Assembly: GCA_964187785.1 (NCBI GenBank)
Contig: OZ076409.1
Coordinates: 38,318,001-38,382,000, forward strand
Origin: Amphiscolops sp. MND2022
Taxonomy: Eukaryota
Length of the DNA stretch: 64,000 nucleotides
Direction: 5' to 3'
The notes below the pieces were generated by a model. That model was not told the origin of the DNA, made no database searches, and was given only the letters and a program-made list of their open reading frames with translations. Position numbers and translations under genes: made by a program. Positions 35,870-50,100 of this stretch are shown here, one piece after another. Position 1 is the stretch's first letter. Each line of letters opens with the position of its first letter.

Positions 35870-37745
35870 CAGTTCCCATTAGTAATTCTTAGCCATTATT
35901 GCTGAAACTGTTCGAGTTGACAATTTGACAAGTCATCACCAAATTCAAATGGTAAACCGGAATTGAACCACAAGGAACCCGATCAAGGGCTACGTGGAAT
36001 CAGGTCTAATGAAATAGATCTAAGAGAGGGGGCAAAACTGAGATTTAAATAAATTGATCTAATATATTCAGGTCTGAACATCTCTTCTAATTTGATCTAA
36101 TTTGAGAGCAAAAATGACAGAAACAGGCGAGTAAGTTTTGCCCCCTCTCTTAGATCTATTTCATTAGACGTGACTCCACGTAGCCTCTCGGATATGTCCC
36201 CATTTCCTCTAGTGCCCCGCGACCCCTTGAGGCCGCTTATATTCCCATCTTCCTAAGCGAGGTCGAACAGGAGCAAAGACCAAGCGGGAACGGAGATCGC
36301 GAAGCGATCGGGGCAGGGACGTTTCGTCACCAGCCATTTGGGCGACAAAAATTTCAGCCCATTTCGGCGACAATAATGTCGCCTAAATGTCCCGTAGACT
36401 AAATGGCCAAATATGTTCACATACCCCTAGTGCCCTAAATAAAGGAGCGAAGCGAAGCGGAGCGACGTGCCATATGGCCTTGCCTCAATGTTGCTACTTG
36501 GCGAAGGGAGCGAAGCGACCGAGCCATACAACAAATATGCTAACTTCTTCAAATATATCAGTTAATTGATCAATTTGATCAACCCATTTGGTCGACACTT
36601 TTGTCGCCCATGTGACCGACGCCATATTGTCGCCCAAATGGCTGGTGACGAAATGTCCCTGACCCCAGCGATCGTAGTGGGAGCTGGTCTTGGCGATGGT
36701 GAGGGCGAGCGTGCATACATCGCATATGCCCCACATTATATTTTCGCTTTCAGAACACATATTAGATCATAAAGGGGTTAGACCTAAGTATTTTAGATAA
36801 AATAAGATCTGAAAGTTAGACATAACAGTTAAATCTAATTTCATTAAACCCAAGCAATTAGATCAAAGGCGTACACTCCCCGATTAAGCACCTATGTGGT
36901 TCGAGGCGTTCGAGGCTCATTCGCGTGTTTAAAACAAAAAGGACATCGACGCAACACCTGGAACTAGTGGATCGCCAGCTGTAGCGCTGCGGTAGCAAAA
37001 GATTATCAGGTAACTGATTTCTTCCAGAGCCAACGCAGATTGGAAGCGTTGATAAATCTCAGGTCCCTCGTCGCCCCCAGAAAATTTGAAAACATGAAGT
37101 TCATTGACATCCGTAAGGATCTCAAAAATACTTTGATGCCATAAGAGAGAATGATGGTTGCGGAAAGCACTTGCTTTCTTCAGACGTCTCAAGGGAGAGC
37201 AGAACCGAAACCGACTTCCTTGCTAAGCTCTGAGAGGTTGCGCATTCTTACAAATTTGTCAACCTCGAAGCCTCTCCGGACCCTGATGCTCGTTTGATCC
37301 GTCTACAGTTTATCGACGGACTACGAGACGGCGAATCCGTGCTCAAGGTAGTTGAGGCACTCGGAGCAAACGGCAACTTAACGGTTGAAAAACTGCTTCA
37401 ACTCATTTAATACATAGCCCAGGCCTAGAGATTCGATGAGAGCTCAATCCGTCAGTCAACTTCAAGTGTGGTTGCATACGCGGGGAAACGTGGCGTCCCA
37501 ATAGAAAAAAGGTCTGAATCGCCGTCAGAAGCCAAAACAGTGTAGACGATGTTGACAAAAGCCGATCCACGCGACTGTAGAAGAGGTCCATCACATTCGA
37601 AGCAAATTTTAATTAATAAAGTAAGTGGTTATGACGTTCGGATAAAAAACAACACTGGTTCTTTAGTGACCATTGTCTCCTAAAACTTTGGCGGAAAAAT
37701 TCGCTCACAAACATTGAGCACAATCGCCTGCTCCAATCCCCGCTT
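35870..37745 (+). mobile_element. Gag-protease region of old gypsy A' (decayed)
   Basis: Collinear with 38510-39680 of element A; interrupted by 35988-36879. Confidence 0.75.
35988..36879. mobile_element. Second copy of the 9 bp TSD element, itself interrupted by a TIR MITE at 36310-36665
   Basis: TSD ccgatcaag/ccgattaag, with the empty site ccgatgaag at about 38619; inner TSD (a/c)agcgatc. Confidence 0.85.
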
Positions 37746-40700
37746 CTAGCTTTTATAGAAGAGCGTTTTGATCTGCGAGAAACACGACAATTGGTGTCCA
37801 GACCAGGATACATTTCAAGGTTAGCATGCTTAAAATTATTGCTGCCAGTTCCTTGTACAACTCAATTGAAGAACTTCAAATCAGTTTGCGTAAACAACTA
37901 CGAGAAATCGTCTACGCCGGTCCCGGTTTTAGCCTGAACCTAGAATCCGTGAACAAGTCAAAAGACTTTACCACTATCTAAAGTCCTGAGAACTGAAAAG
38001 TTCGAGGATCCTGTGGCACGAACTGATTAACAATACTATCACCCCCCACAAAAGTAATAACTATCAACCGCAAAGTGTAAATCAGCTAGTGGCTTCATTG
38101 AGAAGTCTCACAAACTTATGCGGCATAGTCTATTGTCAACGTACAGGGTCCCCGAATATCTTTGAAGACCTAAGAACATTGGACTTCTCAATCATCCAAG
38201 TCACGACAGATATCTTGAGCAAGTCTGATCAGCGCAGTGAAGAACATGTCGAGAAATACAAAGCCTTACATCAATCCAGCGATCTCGAACTCAGAAACTA
38301 GGTGTAGTCCTACATTATTATCCGAACCCGAGGAAGATCTTGGAAACAAGAGGCACCAAGCGAAGAACTCACGAGCAAGGAAGAGAGGCTAAGAGAAAAA
38401 GAGAAGACAACTAAAGGTGAGCTTTTAGAGTCTTGGACTCAGAGTCGCTGTTGTTACCTCTATTTAGCTTTTCGAATTAAAGGTGAGCTTTTAGAGTTTT
38501 GGACTCAAAGCCCCGTTTGTAATTCTTAGCCATTAAAACTCAAATTGTTCGAATCGTGTTTTTTTTTTCAAGTCATCACCAAAATCAATGGGTAACCCGG
38601 AATTGAACCTCAAGGAAACCGATGAAGCACTTATGTGGCTCAAGGCGTTCGAGGCGCGAGCGCGGGTTGAAAAGGAAAGGGACATCGACGCAATACCAGG
38701 AACTAGTGGACCGCCAGCTGTCGCTGCCATAGCAAAAAAATTATCAGGTGACCGGTTTTGTCATGAGCCAATGCGGCCTCGAAGCGTTGATAAAGCTCAG
38801 TAGCCTTGTCGCGCCCAGAAACATTGAAGACATGAAATTCATAGACAATCGTAAGGATCTCATCAATTACTTGAAGCCACAAGAGAGACTGGTGGTTGCA
38901 TAACGCACTGGCTTCCTTCAGATGTCTCAAGGGGAGAAGAAGTAGAAACCGACTACCTAGCTAGACTCCGAGAGGCTGCGCGTTATTGTAAGTTTGTCGA
39001 TCTCAAAGCTTCCCCGGATCCTGAAGCTGAAATGATCCGATTACAATTCATCGCCGGACTACGAGATCAAGTCTCAAGTTGCTTGAAGCACTCAGAGCAA
39101 ACAACAACTTGACTGTGAAAGCACTGCTTCAGCTTATTCAGTATAAAACCCAGGGCCAGAGACTTGCTTAGAACTCAGTTCATCAGTCAACTTCAAGTGT
39201 AGTGCGTATGCAGAAAAACGTGGCCGCAATAAGAAAAAAGATCTGAGTCGCCGTCAGAAGCCAGAGCAGTGTGGACCATGTGGACGAAAGCCTTTCCACC
39301 TACTTTATGAGTGCCCTGTTAGGGACGAAAAGTGCCACAATTGTTCGAAGCAAGGACACTATTCCACTATTCCTATGTGCAAAGCAAAAAGACAAGAAGC
39401 CTCGCGAACTGAAGGGTAACTTATCGGAAATCAAATGCATCAGTGCACCATACTTGTGATGAACAAGAACTCGAAGATCCCGCCTCATCCGAGGAAACTA
39501 TGTATTATGTGAACAAATCGCAACTGCAAAAGAAGTCCATCACATTGGAAGCAAAGCTGAATTTCATAGCATCAAGATAAATGGTCATGACGTTCGAATG
39601 CAGAACGACACTGGTTCTTCAGTGACCGTTATCGCAACAAAAAATTAGCGGGAAATTGGCTCTCTAACCTTGAGCACTAGCCCCCAATGTATTGAAGCAT
39701 ATGATGAACTCACAATACTTTATCTTGGTCATCTAAAGTGTGAGATCCCATGGGAAAAGATAATTCATAGCGTTGATGTTGCAGTTATCGAGTCTGAGAA
39801 AGAATTCGGATTGATCGGCAGAGGCGTGACCCGAGTTGATCACATGGAATCCAAGTCAAGATTGAATTGGCGAAACTTCAGGCACAAGGAATCATCACGC
39901 CAGTCGATCTAGGAGGTGTCATCAATGCTTCGAAAGTCGTGTGGCAAAGGTAGAAAGACGGATCTTTTCGTCTTTGTGCAGACTTCAAAGTTCATGTAAA
40001 CGATAAGATCATGACTGAAGATTACCCTCTTCTCGACATGGAAACATTATTTCACAAGCTGGAAGAATTAAAGTTTTACGTCAAGATTGACTTTAAATCT
40101 GCTCATTACCAAATATTGCTGGATGATGCAGCGCAGGAAGTTTGTGTCATCAACACAACGCTATGTCTCTTCAAGTTACTCAGACTACCTCAATGAATGA
40201 AAAACGCATCGGGGATGTTCCAGCGAACAATCGAGACCACTCTCAAAGGATTGGCTGGAACTATCTGTTGGAACGATTGGCTGGAACGAGTGGTACACGG
40301 AAGAACAAAAAGTCAATGTGAATGCGTTGGAGGGCAATTCAGGATCGCCTAAAAGACAAGGGGTTCACCATTAACGAAATCAATTCGGGATATTTCATGG
40401 AGAAAATCACTTTTCTCGGTTTAACAATTTCAGGAAGCGGGATTGAACCCGATGATCGCCTTGTCAATAAAGTCAGGAAAATCCATCCTCCTCAAAGTGT
40501 TCAGAAAGTCGAACAATTTTGTGGATTGGTCAAATTCTACGGCCGGTTCATCTCAATTTTCACGTCAAAAATTGCCCCAATATCTGATCTGAGAAAGAAG
40601 TCGGAGGCTGAGTTCCAGTGGACCGACAAACGTCAACGTGCATTCGAAAGGTTGAAGTCTGAGCTAGCATCGATACCTGTTGTTCAGCCCTATTCTCTGG

Positions 40701-41298
40701 AAAATGAAGTAACGATCACAACTGATGCGTCTGGGAAAGCTATTGGCGGAGTTTTATTTCAAGAGGGGCACCGTGTAATTTATGTATCGAAGACATTGTC
40801 TCAAGCCAAGCAAAGATACTTTAACATTGAGCGTGAAGCCTTAGCGATTGTTTTTGTGGTAAAACGCTTGAAGCAGGTTTTACTTGGCCGGAAATTCCAC
40901 CTCGAAACTGATCATCGTCCCCTGGAATTCATATTTGCTCCCAACAAGGGACTCCCAAAAACTGTATCAGCAAGAACCACAAGATGGGCAATTTCGCTTA
41001 TGGTCTTTGATAATGGGATTAAATACAAAGGTTCCTCGATTCCTCATGCTGACGACATGAGTAAACTGAATTTCCATAGGGATGACGACGAGTGCAATCT
41101 AGTCGACAACTTAAGTTCCAATCTTGATGAATTCTGTGTTCATTTTGCCGAGCATAAACTCATTCAATTCGAAGAGTTGAGGAGTGAATGTGAACGCAAT
41201 GAATTGGCGAAGCGAATTATCAGGCGTGTAATCGATGGCGATTGGAAAGCTTGTACTAAAGTAGAGAGTTACTTCAAGGAAGTATCTGGTTTCCTCAC

Positions 41299-42696
41299 TG
41301 TCGCAGGCTGCCGCCTGTGACGGCAATTACTACCAGATTTTGTTTGAGGGAGACAATACAAACCTTCCTCCAGGAACACTGTCTATTTGAACCGTCAAGA
41401 CACTCAGTCCGTACAGCCTCAACAAACTGTACTCGCTGTCCTAACTTAATTGACCAATCACAGCGCTGGTAAAATATCAATTGTGATGAGGCCGTGTGGA
41501 ATTACAGTCCACTACGGTTGAACTATCTAATGATTAGTACTGGTGTATAATTCAAGTACGTTACTGTAGCCGGACGGACTGATGGTCCATCACGGTATAT
41601 TTACTAGACTAGTGTGAATTTTCTTACCATGTATTGTTGCTTTGAAAACGAATGTAAGTTTTTTATGAATTCAAGTTGGATATTATCACACATGAAAATA
41701 TTACGCTAGGCTAACGCCGTCACCCCTTAGTATTGCTTTCATGCTATATTTAGTATTATGCATAATGACATCATGGTGATGTCACCAACCTAAACTAACC
41801 CAGATGCTATTAATAGTAACGCGACTGGCTAAATTATGATTGTCATGCAATGGGAAGTATATATAGTAGAGACCGGTGGGACAGAGAGATTCCTCCGTAC
41901 CTCCACGATACAACTCACAATCTACATATTGCAATTAATTTGAAACACAATTGAATTTTATTTTCTTACCAATTGTACACACAATATTATCGGCCAAGTA
42001 TTTCCCTGATACAAGTAGTAAATTCACTGTTGCCGTTTCCTACCTTTCCCCAAATGCCTTCAACTAGGAAGCAGAAGGCAAAAACGAGACGGTCTCGACA
42101 GCTAGACATGTCGCCTAATGTGGAAAATGTTGTTATAATTATAGGGAATTACTCTAGAGATGAAGATAGAAATGAACAGAGTGAAAGTGAACTAAACTTG
42201 CATTTAGGGTCTAATAGGCCTCAGCAAAGTTCCAATCTAATTGGCGAAGACTTTAGATCACTGCTTCTTATTAACAGTAGAGAAAACAGTGAAATGACCG
42301 TTGAAACAAACAGGATGATCAGTGAGGAAATCACTAATCAGATGTCGAGGAAATTGAATAAAATCAGAGAATGTTTGAATTTTCAATTAAAGGACGTAAA
42401 AACAAGTGCAATTACAGATAAAGTGCTACCATCCATCCAAAACACGTTAAGTTAGCAGGGGAGAGTCAATTACACCGTGGTAGACCGCGGGTCTTGCGGG
42501 CCACACGAAGGCACAACTGTAGCTAATTACACCATGGTGGACCAAAAGTCCAGTGGGCTACAGCGAAACACTGAAGTTGAAAACATCCTAAAAACGCGCA
42601 AAAAGCGTAACAAAACGTGGTTTTCACAGGAAAACGATGGACAAATGTCTCGCCAGAGTTCAGTAGACTCAATTATAAGCGAACAAAATCGCGACA
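41299..42696 (+). repeat. 5' LTR of element B
   Basis: tgtcgcagg...atcgcgaca; lacks about 190 bp present in the 3' LTR; TATA-like tatatata at 41858. Confidence 0.9.
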
Positions 42697-43122
42697 TGGT
42701 AACAGGAGCCAAACCTACCCCACATATGGTTCCTGAGTTTCTCACTGGACGTCCCATGCAATCCCGGGACCCCCTGCAAAGTCAAAATTCCAACAATGAT
42801 GAGTCTCAGGACACAGTCCCCCTGGTCTATGAGACTACAACACCAACTACGCCTTCTGATCCTATTAACCGTCTTGCAGAAGTACTAGTCGGCATGAATA
42901 ACCGTCCATCAGTACAAACACTGATAGTACGCCCACTCAGCACGACTACACTGACGTTTGACGGAAAATCGGAGAAACTCGATTTTTTTGAAGATCTCTT
43001 TCACACAATGATCAAAATGCAACCTGATATGACTGAAACAATCAAAATAAACCATTTTCATTCATTGTTACGCACGAATGCGTTACAAACTTTCCGTAAC
43101 ATTAATACGGCAAACAGCAAAC

Positions 43123-44389
43123 CTTGTACTCGCTGTCCTAACTTAATTGACCAATCACAGCGCTGGTAATATATCAATTGTGATGAGGCCGTGTGGAATT
43201 ACAGTCCACTACGGTTGAACTATCTAAGGATTAGTACTGGTGTATAATTCAAGTACGTTACTGTCGCCGGACGGACTGGTGGTCCGTCACGGTAAATTTA
43301 CTAGAGTAGTGCGAATTTTCTTACCATGTATTGTTGCTTTGAAAACGAATGTAAATATTTTATGAGTTCAAGTTGGATATTATCACACATGAAACTATTA
43401 CGCTAGGCTAACGCCGTCACCCCCTTAGTTTTGCCTTCATGCTATATTTAGTAATATGCATAAATACATCATGGTGATGTCACCAACCTAAACTAACCCA
43501 GATGCTATTAATAGTAACGCGACTGGCTAAATTATGATTGTCATGCAATGGGAAGTATAAATAGTAGAGACCGGTGGGACAGAGAGATTCTTCCGTACCT
43601 CCACGATACAACTCACAACTAACATATTGCAATTAAATTGAAACACAATTGATTTTGTTTTCTGTACCAATTGTACACACAATATTATCGGCCAAGTATT
43701 TCCCTGATACAATTAGTAAATTCACTGTTGCCGTTTCCTACCTTTCCCCAAATGCCTTCAACTAGGAAGCAGAAGGCAAAAGAGAGACAGTCTCGACAGC
43801 TAGACATGTCGCCTAATGTGGAAAATGTTGATATAATGATAGGGAATTACTCTAGAGATGAAGATAGAAATGAACAGAGTGAAAGTGAACTAAACTTGCA
43901 CTTAGGGTCTAAAAGTCCTCAGCAAATTTCCAATCTAATTGGCGAAGCCTTTAGATCACTGCTTAATACTAACAATAGAGAAAACAGTGAAATGACCGTT
44001 GAAACAAACAGGATGATCAGTGAGGAAATCACTAATCAGATGTCGAGGAAATTGAATGAAATCAGAGAAAGTTTGAATTTTCAAATAAAGTACGTAAAAA
44101 CAAGTGCAGTGCAATTACAAATAAAGTGCTACCATCCATCCAAAACACGTTAAATTAGCAGGGGAGAGTCAATTACACCGTGGTAGACCGAGGGTCTTTC
44201 GGGCCACACGAAGGCACAACTGTAGCTAATTACACCGCGGTGGACCAAAAATCCAGTGGGCTACAGCGAAACACTGAAGTTGAAAACGGCCTAAAAAGCG
44301 TAACGAAACGTGGTTTTTACAGGAAAACGATGGACAAATGTCTCGCCAGAGTTCAGTAGACTCAAATATAAGCGAACAAAATCGCGACA
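43123..44389 (+). repeat. Duplicated partial LTR of element B, followed by a second PBS and gag
   Basis: Near-identical to 41427-42696; the duplication unit LTR-PBS-gag is about 1.7 kb. Confidence 0.9.
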
Positions 44390-46653
44390 TGGTAACAGGA
44401 GCCAAACCTACCCCACATATGGTTCCCGATTTTCTCACTGGACGTCCCATGCAATCCCGAGACCCCCTGCAAAGACAAAATTCCAACAATGATGAGTCTC
44501 AGGACACAGTCCCCCAGGTGACTGAGACTACAACACCAACTACGCCTTCTGATCCTATTAACCGTCTTGCAGAAGTACTAGTCAGCATGAATAACCGTCC
44601 ATCAGTACAAACACTGATAGTACGCCCACTCAGCACGACTACACTGACGTTTGACGGAAAATCGGAGAAACTCGATTTTTTTGAAAATCTCTTTCACACA
44701 ATGTTCAAAATGCAACCTGATATGACTGAAACAATGAAAATAAAACATTTTCATTCATTGGTACGCAAGAATGCGTTACAAACTTTCCGTAATACAGTGG
44801 AGTTCGCTTATTAGCAATTGCTCTAATAGCAAGATTCATATATTAGCAAGTAAAAAATCCTCCCGAGCGGTATACGGTGTGAGATTGTTTGCCTATTAGC
44901 AATTTTCTTAATAGCAAGATTTTTTATTAGCAAGGATTTTTCATGTCCCGGGAGTCACTTTTCTCAGAAATATTCGCTTAATAGCGAGATGGAAGGTGAA
45001 ATTCTGTGACATTTCTGAGAAATAGGCACAATGCGTTTACATGCACATGCAAAGGAGTCTTGTTATTTTATTCAATAATTGAATCTGTTGATATCTTCAG
45101 ATTGGTTAATATGTCTACCAAACGTCCACGCACGGAACTTTCATTGTGTAAGAAATATGATATTGTTAAAGAGCTGAACGGGGGCGCGAAGCAGGCCGAT
45201 GTGGCCAAAAAATATGGGATCAATGAGTCAACCGTTTCTAGAATTAAAAAAGAGCGCCAATCCATTTCAAAAAAATTTGAAACGGGTGAGAAAAATGAAT
45301 CACGGGATGGATGAAAGAACTGTCATGAACATTGACTTGCTGGAGGGACTTATTTTGCTGCAACGAAGTTGGGAAGAGGTGAAATCCGACACAGTTCGAA
45401 ATTGCTTTAAGCACGTGGGATTCGTTAATGAAACGGTTACCGAAGATGTCGAGAATGCTGGCTCGGAATGTTTTATTGTCGAGGGTCAAATTTTGCCAAA
45501 TTATCCAAGTTTAAGCGAACAGGATTGGGTGGAATATATTGATGCAGATAACGATTGTGCAACGGATGGAAACGACGAAAAGATGCCCCAACTTCAAACT
45601 CCAGCTGGAGATACTGTTTTGACCATTGACAGCGATGAAGAAACAGAGGAAAATGAAGAATGCCCCGTGCGCGCTCAAGATGCATTGAATGCAGTTGGGT
45701 TAATACGGCGCTTTCTTGCCAACCAAGAAGGTAGCTGGCATCACATGAACAATCTGATGAACATTGAAGACTTTATTTCTATTCAGCGACAAGACAATAT
45801 GCATCAAACTACATTAAAAGCTTATTTTTCCAATATTTAAGTGAATTTAATTCATGTTTGCATATTAGAAAGTTTTTTTATTAGCAAGATTTACGAGGAC
45901 CCCCTGCGACTTGCTATTAAGCAAACTCTACTGTATTAATACGGCAAACAGGCAAACCTTGGAAGACATCTTGGCAGTATTTGGTCGGAAATACGTCAAA
46001 CCCGAGTCCCAGGCGACAGCCAAACACAAATGGCACACGTAGGTGTTTAACCCAAACACCATTAAATTGCCAGACTTCCTTGAGGAACTCAATCAAGGAG
46101 CTGAAAAAGCGTTTGGCGAGAACGCCCAGGCAATGATTGATAGTCTCCTATATGCCAAATTGCCGCCGAAATTGAAACGCTCAGTAAATATGGCCAGACT
46201 TGAAAATGCTACCTATGAGGAAATAGTCACCCATTTAGAACGCGAGCTTGAACTCAATGGACTTGAGGAGGGGGACGACATTCCAGTTCCAACAATGTCC
46301 ACTGCCCCTACAGCAAAACGCCGGGAACTGGCCTTCTATCTTCTGGCATCGATCCAAATGTTATTTGCAACTATTGCAAAAAACCCGGACATGTCAAAGA
46401 TGACTGTTGAAAACTCAAAAAAAGGAGGAACAATGCCGCAATGACGAGAAGGATACCAAGAAAGAATATCCAAAATGTCCCACTTGCGACAAAACGAACC
46501 ACCCGGCGGAACGATGTTGGAAAGGCCCTGGAGCCCACCTCAAGCCCAAACACTATAAACTGGAGGACACCACAGTTGCCGATACGTCTATCAGCCAAGA
46601 AGACGCAAAAAAACGGACAAACTACATCTATCTTAAAAAACCCAAAGAATTAG
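43753..46653 (+). pseudogene. Element B gag (second copy, interrupted by pogo) with two CCHC knuckles
   Basis: FDGKSEK capsid-like start; CNYCKKPGHVKDDC and CPTCDKTNHPAERC; frameshifts. Confidence 0.8.
44795..45933 (+). mobile_element. pogo/Tigger-like DNA transposon, internally deleted, inserted in the gag of element B
   Basis: TA|cagtggagttcgcttattagcaa ... ttgctattaagcaaactctactg|TA; CENP-B/psq HTH (KYDIVKEL..QADVAKKYGINESTVSRI); SWEEVKSDTVRNCFKHVGF; DDE core missing. Confidence 0.9.
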
Positions 46654-47149
46654 ATTTGCCACGACTCCAAAAGAAAATAAAAAAAACTCCGTGTCAGACA
46701 GTATATAATATCTGACCCTACAAACATATATTACACTGAGTACTATACAACTCATAAAAAACATCATCAGCTGACTGGCAGAAGCAGATGAAAACTCCAC
46801 CTAATTTTCCCACCACTTTGGACCTTATGTCCCACAGACTACAAAAAGATACTTCGACTTTACGACTTATACCCCTCATTGATGACTATAACCCATAATA
46901 CCCTGACCCTGACTATGGTTTTGAGGCTAATTGCTACAATCAACATCATCTATACTATTACAACAATTATAACAAACCAGATCAAGACGTAGAGCCGGAT
47001 TCTTCCGAAATAGATGAAGCTCTGAATACCGTCCTTGGGAATGCCCGAGTTGACCAATGGCCTCACTGTCAACAACTCACACACAAACCAACTCAGCCTG
47101 GGGCTGACACCGAGTTTCACCGTGGGGGACCACAGGTCTCACTGGCCTC

Positions 47150-50100
47150 AGCAGTTGCAGCACGTTTTGTCATCACACTGGTCACCAGAACTGGCGAGAC
47201 AGATTATGTGCCGCTGACGAACAATCTTGGCCTCAAATACAAACGACGAATGCTCTATTTTCCGATGGAATTCGGCCAACTTAATCTAGATGGCCTTGTA
47301 GACACAGGAGTTCTATCTAGTGCAACCCCAGAAGCTGATCTACGTAAATTCCGATTATTAGCCCCTCAGTATATTGCCAAAGAAAATTTCCCAATTATGG
47401 TTGCTAATGGGCAGCTGGAGACTCCGAAGAGCACAGTCGAGCTGAAGTTTGAGGTCGGCGACAGTGAATTCCACGAGATATTCATAGTTATGGAAAAACT
47501 CATCAGTCCATTGATCGGTCTTTCGTTCCTTCAACTGAACAACACCATCCTGGACATAAGACAAGGTGTCCTGAAATTCCCTTTCTTTTCAATGCAATTG
47601 AAAACTGCAGATCACAAGTATACTAACGTCATGGAACCCAGTTGCATTAGAGAGGATGTAACCATCCCACCTAATGACCGACACTCGGTCCAGCTTGCTT
47701 CACAACTGTACGAAGACACTACAGTTACTGGGATCCTTCAACCGAGCAACACCACCACAGATGACGGCTATAATGACTTCTGTGCTGTTCTAGTCACTTT
47801 GACCGATGGTCAAGTATCAGTTCACCTGAACAACTTCACCGACAGTCCCTACACCCTCAAAAGAGGCACACAAGTAGCCACTTTCACTGTTCTGACACCA
47901 GAACAGATGAAATATGTCAAACCTATAGATCCGGTGACCACATGGCACCTCTTGTAGGATAACCCTGAGAATGCTGCTTACTATGCAAGTAGCTTGATCA
48001 AATCTACAAAACCTGAGGACTTCAAGGAAAACTACTGGTTTCCCACATCAGAGGACCCTGGGGACCCTCAGCATCACACGCCAATCCAGAAAAGGATTTT
48101 GTCCGAACTAATCAATCTCCAAGAATTAGAGAGATTCAATCCTCAGGATAACCTTGAATCAAGACAACGGTTTTTGTCTAATTTTGACTGGACAGATCCC
48201 ATGCTAAAACCTGCTGAAATCGCTCGCACAGAGGATTTACTTGTCGAATTTCACAACATATTCGCAAGACATCGATTTGACATAGGTATGAACGAGGACT
48301 TCAAGGTCGAATTGACACCAAAAGACGATTCTCCAGCCTATAGTCAGAATTTGCCAACACCAATCAACCTCAAGGAAGACATCTTTGTAGATGTAGCACT
48401 AGTACATCGCTACGGGATAATTAAAACACTCCCATTCTCCAAATACGCAATCCCAATATTTGCCCAAGAGAAACCTAACGGCAAACTGCGACTTTTAGTC
48501 GATTCGCGCAAAATCAATAATCTTTTTTCCGTATATTATATAAATAACAACCACCCCGTGAGTACACTCACGTGTGCAGCCCAACACATGGCTGGGAAAA
48601 AGCTATTTCGTACATTGGACTGCTCGCAAGCATATCATTGCCTACAGATGGCAGACCAGCGGTCCATCGAAATGCTGGTTTTCAATTTTGCCAGCAGAAG
48701 TTTGCATACAGAAGATATGCACAAGGACTTAGCAAAGCCCTATCGGCCTTTTCTAGTTTCATGCGTGAAAATTTGGACAAAGTCATAAAAGCAGACCAAT
48801 GTGCCCAATACGTTGATGATATTGGCATCGTTGCCAACGACGCCGAACAACTTATCAACAACCTGAGGGCCACATTTCAGTGCATTCAACAAGCTGGTCT
48901 AAAACTTACGATGCATAAATACCAGTTTGGTGCAACTGAAATGGGTTTCCTTGGTCGTACCATCACTCCTGCTGGAGTGAAGTCGCAGAGACTACTGGTC
49001 CAAAACTTCTTAGAAAATACGGACTTCTCAAAATCCAAGAAAGCACTACAACGTTACTTGGGATTTTTAAACTATTACAGGAAATATATCTCAAGGCTAT
49101 CGGAAAAACTGACACCGTTTTTCAAATTACTTACGAAAGTTGAAAAAGTCCCGGTAACACCGGACCTAATAGAAAGGTTCACTGAAATCAATAAGACCTT
49201 CGACCGATGTTGTGAACTAGCACTCAAACAACCCTTACCGAACAAGCAAATAGCCCTCATGGCTGAGGCTAGCTTTTCGGCCGCAGGGTACGCAGTTCTC
49301 ATCGAAGACGATCCCCTCGAAAAACACACATCAACGAGCAAAACTTTCGCACCAGTAGCTTACGGATCCAAGACTTTTAGTCCTACCCGACTGAAAATGT
49401 CCATTTACGCGAAGGAATTCTTAGCAATTTTCTTTGCCTTCAAGGAAGTCGGACATATCTTTTGGGGAACCCCGAAGCCCGTGATTATACTTACCGATAA
49501 CAAATCCGTCACACGATTTTTCGAACAAAAATCATTCCACCAACACTCTGGAATGCGTTAGACTATGTCATTCAATTCAATTCCACAATTGCCCATACTC
49601 CAGGCTAAAACAACACCGCCGCTGACTACTTGTCCCGTCTCGAAATCTCTCCAAAAAAAATTAGAAAAATTGATGCTCAGGATTAGAGAAGATATTCCAA
49701 CAACACCGATTGAACTACACGTCCAATCGGCGGGAGTGTCAGACGAGGAACAAAGCTTTTATACGGAGAATGACGATGAAACGGAAGAAAAATTCTTACA
49801 ACGAAAAAAGGAAGGCAGGGGTCACCCAACAAATCAATTACCGTACATATCATTCGAAAAATTTACCACACACAAAAGCGTTTATCACAAATTTTCCACA
49901 TTTCAAAAACTATCCTACACGAACTCTATAGCAGTAGAGCAAAAGAACGACATCATCTCACAGCAATTGCGCCTCAAAATATTGAAAGAAAACTATTCAG
50001 AGACCATCTTAGTGCCCGAAAACCGCTACCAGCACTACTGTCGCCAAATGGACCGACAGTCCGTCACGGATGAAATTATTACCAGGCAGTATTTTGACGA

